Positions 54,932 to 64,000 of a DNA stretch of 64,000 nt are shown here, one piece after another. The stretch spans positions 19,034,001 through 19,098,000 of the forward strand of contig NC_043000.1 of assembly GCF_006345805.1 (NCBI RefSeq), given 5' to 3'. Under the pieces are notes generated by a model that was given only the letters and a program-made list of their open reading frames with translations, had not been told where the DNA came from and made no database searches. The translations under genes and the position numbers were made by a program. The stretch is from Octopus sinensis. Its lineage: Eukaryota. Every line of letters begins with the position of its first letter. Within the stretch, counting starts at the first letter, position 1.

Positions 54932-55954
54932 CACCCGTACCCCTGAAGCACCCTCACGTACACACAATACGCACACCCATTTAGTGTTTATATAAATGCA
55001 TGTGTGTGAGTGTGTGTGTGTGTGTGTGCGCGCGTTTGTATGTGGAGTAGAGGCACGGTGATATGCGTTGTGAGTCTGATATGAAATTCTAGGTCATACC
55101 AATTAAGGAGGCGAGCTGGCAGAATCATTAGCACGCCGGACGAAATGCTTAGCGGTATTTCGTCAGTGTTTACGTTCTGAGTTCAAATTCCGCCGAGGTC
55201 GACTTTACCTTTCATCCTTTCGGGGTCGATAAATTAAGTACCAGTTACGCACTGAGGTCGATGTAATCGACTTAATTCGTTTTTCTGTCCTTGATTGTCC
55301 TCTCTGTGTTTAGCCCCTTGTGGGTAGTAAAGAAATAGGTATTTCGTCTGCCGTTACGTTCTGAGTTCAAATTCCGCCGAGGTCGACTTTGCCTTTCATT
55401 CTTTCAGGGTCGATTAAATAAGTACCAGTTACGCACTGGGGTCGATATAATCGACTTAATCCGTTTGTCTGTCCTTGTTTGTCCCCTCTGTGTTTAGCCC
55501 CTTGTGGGTAGTAAAGAAATAGGTATTTCGTCTGTCTATATGTTCTAAGTTCAAATTCCACCGTGATTGACTTTGCCTTTCATCCTTTCGGGGTCGATAA
55601 ATTAAGTACCAGTTGCGTACTGGATTTGATCTAATCGACTGGCCCAGTCCCACAAAATTTCGCGTCTTGTACCTAGAGTAGAAAAAATTCATAAGATTCT
55701 AGTTCATACCAATAAATTAAAAGGTCGAGTTATCTCCCTTTACTATCCAAGGGAAATAACTATACTTTCCTTTACAAAATGTTTTAATGGATAGTTTAAA
55801 TTGTTGCTTTGTAGTGGTTTTCTCCACACTAAATGCTGCGAATAGAAAAAATCTACCATCAAAGATGTTCCAATCAAGCTATGTATATATATATATATAT
55901 ATATATGGGCTCCGTGTGAGCAATCATCTAAAAGTTTTTTGTGCATTTTGATGT

Positions 55955-56069
55955 TGACATAAGTTCCTTGCTTTTCCTGATGAGAAAGCGGCATAATGTA
56001 CTCCTTATTCCTTCGCAATTAGGAATATACAGCCTTCGAAACATGTCGAAAATAAAGGAACTTTGTTAA
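55955..56069 (+). ncRNA. Solo type I hammerhead ribozyme with extended stem I
   Basis: CUGAUGA 55977-55983; GAAA 56038-56041; stem III ACAUGU; GUC 56045-56047; stem I UUUUC/GAAAA extended by AAGUUCCUU/AAGGAACUU and UUGACA/UGUUAA; stem II GAA..GGC/GCCUUC with inner hairpin UAUUCCU/AGGAAUA. Confidence 0.85.
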
Positions 56070-57743
56070 TTCATCGTTCAGCTCCATTCTTTCATATATT
56101 TGTATTTTTAAAATATTTTAAAAATAAACATACAAATTTCCACACGAAAGCACGTAATTTATGCCCTAGGCACGAAACTTCAACCGTGTTTTTTCTTATG
56201 TGAATTTGCTACCCAGGTATCGGTTAATTCGAATTATCCATAATAAGATAATTCATTCAACTACTCAAATATATATATATATTTATTTATCAGGGAACAA
56301 GTTGTCAATTAAATCCTCTTTTCTTACGATTGTGATTAGAGGTATATTTGGCGACTATTTTTAATTTCTGTAGACGATACTTCGTTAGCTTAAGATCACT
56401 ATATTAACCACCATCACACGGTAAGCTCCGCACCCAACATACCTCACACCTTTTGTGAAACCAGTAATTTTATCAACTAGGAAAGGTTAAAAGCAAAGTT
56501 GACCTCGCCGAGATTTGAAGTTATATCTGCCTACTTTCTAAGTTCAATTCTGGAAAGGCAGAGCTAATCTAATTGTAAATTGATAGTATGTGATAAGAAC
56601 AACTTAATTTTGTAGCTCAGTAAAACGGAGACGTGGGTTGGCTTATGTTAGAAAGTAGATGGAAGCACTCCGTCGGTTACGACGACGAGGGTTCCGGTTG
56701 ATCCGAATCAACGGAACAGCCTGCTCGTGGAATTAACGTGTAAGTGGCTGAGCACTCCACAGACACGTGTACCCTTAACGTAGTTCTCGGGGATATTCAG
56801 CGTGACACAGAGAGTGACAAGGCCGGCCCTTTGAAATACAGGTACAACAGGAAGTAAGAGTGAGAGAAAGTTGTGGTGAAAGAGTACAGCAGGGATCACC
56901 ACCATCCCCTGCCGGAGCCTCGTGGAGCTTTAGGTGTTTTCGCTCAATAAACACTCACAACGCCCGGTCTGGGAATCGAAACCGCGATCCTATGACCGCG
57001 AGTCCGCTGCCCTAACCACTGGGCCATTGCGCCTCCACAATATTAGAAAGTTCAACTTCTGTGAATCCGGAAAAAGTAATATAATATCATTTTCGCGCAA
57101 TCTCTCACCGAATCACTCAATGATGATAAGATTTTTCTCCCACTGGATCACTGTATGAAGCTAAAAGACAAAACCTATCTGCCATTTCTACAGTTCAAAC
57201 CAAAGATTAGGGTTTTACACTCCTTGATGTATTATTTTCACAAGGTGGCGATCTGGCATGGCAGAACCGTGAGCACACCGGATAAACTGCCTAGTGGCAT
57301 TTCATCTGTCTTTCCGTCCAGAGATCAAATTACGTCGATGTCAACTTTGCCTTTTATCTATTTGGTGTCATCGTAATCGACTGGCCCCCTCCTCACCAAA
57401 ATCTCAGGCCTTGTGCCTATATAGAAAGAGGTATTATTTCTGGTTCTCAGTTCTTTCATTTAAAAACCCGCCGAACTCGACTTCATTTTTAAATTGCTGG
57501 GGTCGATGAATAAAGTACCTGTACTAAGATCCACTAATTTGTCTCCATCTCACACTCTCTCTCCACCCTTCTCTCTTTTTCTCTCTGTCTGTCTATTAAA
57601 ACAGTGGCCGATAGTCGCAGCTAATCACATGCTCTGACGAGAATTTATCAGCTCCCATATAGGAAAAAAAATTAATAAAATATTCACTCTATCTATCTCC
57701 CCTATCTCTCTCTCTCTCTCTCTCACTCTCTCTCTCTCTCTCA

Positions 57744-57784
<41 letters not shown>

Positions 57785-58149
57785 CTCTCCTCTCTTGGAG
57801 AGAAACTGGATGTAGCTAGATCTGGAGAAGTTTAAACTCCACCAGCTTGAAAATACTCTGGCACATCACATATCACAACGGCACACCTATGACTCCGTCA
57901 GGAGTTGGCAGTTTTAAACAAGTGACGTTTTACTAACAATTGTTACGAATTATTCCATTCTGCTTTTTGCGTTGAGGTACATACAGGCATTCTGGTAATA
58001 TGCATCAGATGTTTCTATAAGAAGTGTTTCTCTCCTCTCCGCTACCAAAAATAATGACACAGGATACAGTTAACACATGCGTAAGTTAACCGAAACATTT
58101 TCTGTGGCTTAGAATTATTAGAGTTTCTCCTTGGTAAGTAATAAAAATA

Positions 58150-58405
58150 AATATATGCGCCCTTTTAAATCCTAGCCAGGCTCATGGGTTTGGTTTCCCA
58201 GTTTCAATGGCGTATGTGTTCCCCAGCTGGACGGGACGCCAGTCCATCACAGCGTTACTCATTTTTGCCAGCTGAGTGGACTGGAGCAACGTGAAATGAA
58301 GAGTTTTGCTCAAGAACACAACGCGTCGCCCGGTCCAGGAATCGAAACCACAATCTTACGATCATGGTGCTGACACCCTAACCACTAAACCACGCGTCTC
58401 CACTT
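58150..58405 (-). mobile_element. Further tRNA-derived SINE family; related pieces at about 53463-53715 (+) and 8860-8990, 9790-9950, 30010-30260, 41030-41170 (-)
   Basis: GGTTTCGATTCCTGG B box and GTGTTCTTGAGCAA core. Confidence 0.65.
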
Positions 58406-58479
58406 TGTAAGTTATCAGTGATTCAATATTTTCAAGTACTGTGTTGTGTCTATGACAAGGAAGCTTATTTGGATTTAAA

Positions 58480-59293
58480 TCGGTTCTGTGTATATGGCTC
58501 AAATCTAGTTTTGTCGGTTCTGTGTATATGGCTCAAATCTAGTTTTGTCGGTTCTGTGTATATGGCTCAAATCTAGTTTTGTCGGTTCTGTGTATATGGC
58601 TCAAATCTAGTTTTGTCGGTTCTGTGTATATGGCTCAAATCTAGTTTTGTCGGTTCTGTGTATATATGACTCAAATCTAGTTTTGTCGGTTCTGTGTATA
58701 TGGCTCAAATCTAGTTTTGTCGGTTCTGTGTATATGCTCAAATCTAGTTTTGTCGGTTCTGTGTATATGGCTCAAATCTAGTTTTGTCGGTTCTGTGTAT
58801 ATGGCTCAAATCTAGTTTTGTCGGTTCTGTGTATATGGCTCAAATCTAGTTTTGTCGGTTCTGTGTATATGGCTCAAATCTAGTTTTGTCGGTTCTGTGT
58901 ATATGGCTCAAATCTAGTTTTGTCGGTTCTGTGTATATGGCTCAAATCTAGTTTTGTCGGTTCTGTGTATATGGCTCAAATCTAGTTTTGTCGGTTCTGT
59001 GTATATGGCTCAATCTATTTGGGTCGTTCTGTGTATATGGCTCAATCTAGTTTTGTCGGTTCTGTGTATATGGCTCAAATCTATTTTGTCGGTTCTGTGT
59101 ATATGGCTCAAATCTAGTTTTGTCGGTTCTGTGTATATGCTCAAATCTAGTTTTGTCGGTTCTGTGTATATGGCTCAAATCTAGTTTTGTCGGTTCTGTG
59201 TATATGGCTCAAATCTAGTTTTGTCGGTTCTGTGTATATGGCTCAAATCTAGTTTTGTCGGTTCTGTGTATATGGCTCAAATCTAGTTTTGTC
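58480..59293. repeat. 34-bp minisatellite, about 24 copies (TCTAGTTTTGTCGGTTCTGTGTATATGGCTCAAA)
   Basis: TCTAG recurs at 58504 and 58538 (period 34); a few 1-2 nt variants. Confidence 0.95.
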
Positions 59294-60824
59294 CTTGGAA
59301 ATGGTAACAGAACTCATGAGAACATAATCTCCTCTCAAAAAGGAATATTGGAATTGCGAGTTTCTTCAGAATACTCCCAATATTAAAAAAAAAATTTTAG
59401 TTTGAATATATATTTCTTTACTATCCACAAGGGGTTAAACACAGAGGGGACAAACAAGGACAGACAAACGGATTAAGTCGATTACATCAACCCCAGTGCG
59501 TAACTGGTACTTAATTTATCGACCCCGAAAGGATGAAAGGCAAAGTCGACCTCGGCGGAATTTGAACTCAGAACGTAACGGCAGACGAAATACGGCTACG
59601 CATTTCGCCCGGCGTGCTAACGTTTCTGCCAGCTCGCCGCCTTTCTTTGAATATAGTTTTAATTTGAATATAGTGTCGTAGCCCTGTAGAAAGCAACAGC
59701 AGCAGCAGCAGCCATCCAAGAATTTGGACCTGGAGATCTCCATTTCCAGCGACTTCGAGGGCCACCTCCCAGTGGTGTCGGGCGTCAACGAAGAGCCCTC
59801 GACTACAACAAGACAACCAAAGTTTTTTTTTTCTTTCCAAGGTCTGGGGGTCTCCCGCCTCTAAGCCCCAGACCATCACCTAATCACCCTTACCCGTCTT
59901 GTTGCTCAACAACAACAACAACAACAACAACAACAGCAGCAGTAGCAACGGCAACAGCAACGATGACGACAACAACATCAACATTATTTTGATCTAATGT
60001 AAACTTGCTGGCCACTGTTAGGTCGAATTTCCGTCACTCCTGATATTAATCGTGTTTTTAACACAGAGCGTCCATGCGATATGTTATCTGAAGGCAAATA
60101 CTGTAATAACTGGCCTATCGACAGTGTGTATGCATTATATATGTTACTAGCAGTATCGCCCGGCGTTGCTCGGATTTGTAAGGGAAATAACTATATAAGC
60201 ATTTTTAGAGAGTTATAGCCAAAAAGTAGCAAAAAATGCATTAAAAATGGAAAAAAAATGATGGTAATTTTTTTTTTAAATCGTTAACTCATCATAGACA
60301 TTTTCAGAGAGTTACTTCCCTTATAATTAAAAAATATGCATTAAAATGGAAATAAATGATGGTAAATTATTTTTTAAATCGTAGACTCATCGTAGACGCG
60401 CGCTAATACCCAGAAGGGCTCGATATGAATCACGACTATAAGATACCCGGTTTTGGTTAAACTGCACTGCAAAATGTGGGAGTCGTTAGGAATCTAAATC
60501 GTAGGAGACAGACACACAACTTCACTTTTATATATAAAGATATAGACGGTTATTTCAATTTAATACTCCCTCAAATGCCTATCCCAGATTCTTATTCAGC
60601 CAGGTGACTATTCGTAACACGAGTGAATATTTTATTAATTTTTTTTTCCTATATGAGAGCTGATAAATTCTCGTCAGAGCATGTGATTAGCTGCGAATAT
60701 CGGCCACTGTTTTAATGGCCTCATAAAACGGAAATGCATCTGACGTTCTTGTCGACTACTTCTGGGATGAATCTTCTTCTCTCTAGGCTGGCCTGAGGCT
60801 GAACAACAACACGACCATCACTAA

Positions 60825-61221
60825 TCTTTATATATAAAAGTAAGGTTGTGTGTCTGTCTCCTACGATTTAGATTCCTAACTACTCCCACATTTTGCGGTG
60901 CAGTTTAACCAAAACCGGGTATCTTATAGTCGTGATTCATATCGAGCCCTTCTGGGTATTAGCGCGCGTCCACGATGAGTCTACGATTAAAAAAAAAAAT
61001 TACCATAATTTTTTTCCATTTTAATGCATTTTTTTCGCTATTATATAAGGGAAGTAACTCTCTAAAAATGTCTACGATGAGTCAACGATTTAAAAAAAAA
61101 TTACCATCATTTTTTTCCATTTTTAATGCATTTTTTTGCTATTTTTTTGCTATAACTCTCTAAAAATGCTTATATAGTTATTTCCCTTACAAACCCGAGC
61201 AACGCCGGGCGATACTGCTAG
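60825..61221 (+). mobile_element. Non-autonomous Helitron, about 395 bp; copies at 3891-4284, 16957-17355, 52898-53278, 60147-60540 (all -) and 46176-46434 (+, truncated)
   Basis: A|TC 5' end, CTAG|T 3' end, subterminal hairpin CCCGAGCAACGCCGGG, no TSD. Confidence 0.85.
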
Positions 61222-61369
61222 TATAATATAATATAATATAATATAATATAATATAATATGATATAATATTTTGTCATATTTTCTGCATAATTATTCTACC
61301 TACAGTAAACTTCAGAACATGGTGTATATCATTTTTGCTATTTCTTCCTTTCTTTCTTTCTTTCTTTCT

Positions 61370-61405
<36 letters not shown>

Positions 61406-62005
61406 GTTCGTATTATTTTCATAATGAAAATCATAAAACAAAGAAATAGATTTACCAAAGTTATCCAAATTATGAAAATTATTTTGTTATGGGCTAGGAT
61501 AACTATTCTCCAGGTAACATTCTGTGATGTTTCAGAAGATCCCGAAATAATTTGTTGCAAATATAATTTACATAAGTTAAAAGAAAAATGAGCTAAGGGA
61601 ATTAACTCAAAAGGAACACTGGCATGAATTTGGATAAATAAGGTAAAGTGTCATGTAATGGATGATGTACTTAAAAGCAAACCTCAATTTATTGAAAATT
61701 TCCCACTTAACTGGGGAACGAAAGTAACGAAGAAAGAAACCTTGCGGTAGATGTTAGCAACTGTCGATGAAGAAAGGAGATAATTTTTCAAAAATTAAGA
61801 ATATCGTTTATTTTATTTCATTTTATTTTATTTTATTATTGTTAGCAGCCATAGGACAACTATAGACATGTTTGTTTGATTTCACCTGGCGTGCTAACGT
61901 TTCTGCTAGCTCGTCGCCTATCAGTATAGTACTGTTTCTACCTCACGGATTTTCACCTATCACGTGGTGTTTTGGAAATAACACCCGCGATAGTCGTGGG
62001 ATTAC

Positions 62006-62037
<32 letters not shown>

Positions 62038-62374
62038 CATAGGCGCAGGAGTGGCTGTGTGGTAAGTAGCTTGCTAACCAACCACATGGTTCCGGGTTCA
62101 GTCCCACTGCGTGGCATCTTGGGCAAGTGTCTTCTACTATAGCCCCGGGCCGACCAATGCCTTGTGAATGGATTTGGTAGACGGAAACTGAAAGAAACTG
62201 CTTGACAACCGATGCTGGTTTGTTTACGTCCCCGTCACTTAGCGGTTCGGCAAAAGATACCGATAGAATAAGTACTGGGTTTACAAAGAATAAGTCCCCG
62301 GGGTCGATTTGCTCGACTAAAGGCGGTGCTCCAGCATGGCCGCAGTCAAATGACTGAAACAAGTAAAAGTAAAA

Positions 62375-62413
<39 letters not shown>

Positions 62414-63538
62414 TGTATGTGTTTGTGTGTCTGTGTTTATATATATATATATATATATCGAGAGCGATAGACTGACAAAATTGTTAAGAGCATTGAACAA
62501 AATGTCTTACAAGAGCTCTTTAGTTTCTCAGTTTAATTTTCCGCTGAAGTCAACGTTACTTTATATTCTTCCAGAATAATATACCAATCAAGTACTGAGG
62601 TGGTAAAGCCGACTGGACCCCTACTTCAAAATCGGAGGCTCTGTGCCTCCGTACAGTAACACCATTGAGATCAATTTTAAATATTCTGATATTTATATAT
62701 GGAGAGGTATGCAATGTATATTACTCTTTTACTCTTTTATTCTTTTACTTGTTTCAGTCATTTGACTGCGGCCATGCTGGAGCAACGCCTTTAATCGAGC
62801 AACTCGACCCGGGACTTATTCTTTTGTAAGCCTAGTACTTATTCTATCGGTCTGTTTTGCCGAACCGCTAGGTGACGGGGACATAAACACACCAGCATCG
62901 GTTGTCAAGCAATGCTTGGGGGACAAACACAGACACACAAACACATACACGCATATATATATATATAATATATATATATAATATATATATATATACATAT
63001 TACGACGGGCTTCTTTCAGTTTCCGTCTACCAAATCCACTCACAAGGCTTTGGTCGGCCCGAGGCTATAGTAGAAGACACTTGTCAAAAGTGCCACGCAG
63101 TGGGACTGAACCCGGAACCCTGTGTTTGGTAAACAAGCTACTTACCACACAGCCACTCCTAAATCCTTATGGTGAGAGTTATTGGCGATGTTTTACTTGA
63201 ACTAATGTTTTTTTTAACCGTGTTACTCTATTTCAAAGAATATAAACATTGTGTTTCAAGTAATTGATAATGAAGAATTACTATGATTCTGTTTCAAAAA
63301 AATTGACTGAGGACTGAATCATCTACTTCCCGCCTATACATGCGTAGCTTGAATTATATAAAAGAGAGCATGATGGTGTTAGAAAATCACGTGATAGTCT
63401 AGAGATTCATATTGTGTTACACCTAATTCATTGCATCTTTGGCTAAGACACGCGGCGTATGAAGTCGTGCATAATGCAAGAAATTTAGTACTAAACATCA
63501 AGATCCAAATTGGCAGTAGCATTATACTCACGGGTGTA

Positions 63539-63592
<54 letters not shown>

Positions 63593-64000
63593 GATCCCAT
63601 CAACTTTAAACGGAGTCTGGATAGATTCCTTCAAAGAATACCAGATAAGCCACCCATAATTGGATACAACTCACCCAACAAAAACTCACTACTTGAATGG
63701 ACCATAAGCAAAACTTGACTTAAACAGGATTCGAATAATCCTATCAGGTGGTGCTATTAAGTTAGACATGGCCTGGACCAATCATTGGTCGAAACACATC
63801 TAAGTTTTATCTAAGTTTATATATATATATATATATGAAGTTAAGGTAGAAAATGTTAAAATATTTTTATAAAAATCATTTCGGTACCGGTTTCAGTCAT
63901 TTAAATTTTTTCAACTATAAGTATACTGGAAAACAATTAAATTTTGTAAAAATTAAATGAAAAGTTTTTTAAATGAATATTTGCTTAGTATTCAAATACA

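Noticed and set aside
58480-59293. 34-bp array as CRISPR
   Set aside because: Contiguous repeats with no unique spacers, no cas genes, eukaryotic context.
63755-63815. CUG-GACC-loop-GGUC-GAAAC in the LINE 3' UTR (also 45430-45480, minus) as a hammerhead
   Set aside because: The ANGA part of the core, the NUH site and stem I are missing.
63865-64000. GAAACCGGUA hammerhead-like 3' half on the minus strand
   Set aside because: No CUGANGA or stem I partner inside the window; unresolved without upstream sequence.

Overview
AT-rich, microsatellite- and SINE-dense animal DNA; the repeat landscape resembles an octopod cephalopod (inference, not verified). The window holds the 5' part of a minus-strand contactin gene. 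I could splice 12 coding exons in frame with GT-AG junctions (2,038 nt): signal peptide, C-type lectin domain, then five Ig domains. The 3' part lies beyond position 1 and a 5' UTR exon is inferred upstream of 45112. The introns carry a near-complete Penelope-like element (RT + GIY-YIG) with a 2.15-kb inverted 3' copy and three identical pLTRs. Also present: three tRNA-derived SINE families, non-autonomous Helitrons, Tc1, maT and Chapaev-like remnants, LINE fragments, a 2-kb TIR element with both filled and empty sites, a 34-bp minisatellite and a 100-N gap. The main unexpected signal is a set of hammerhead ribozyme motifs beside (TA)n tracts: two fold-back palindromes with a hammerhead on each strand, one solo hammerhead with a long stem I, variant hammerheads in the pLTRs, and several relics. 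Every hammerhead on the contactin sense strand is either altered in its core or preceded in the transcript by its own antisense copy. All structures were folded by eye; no database search was run.
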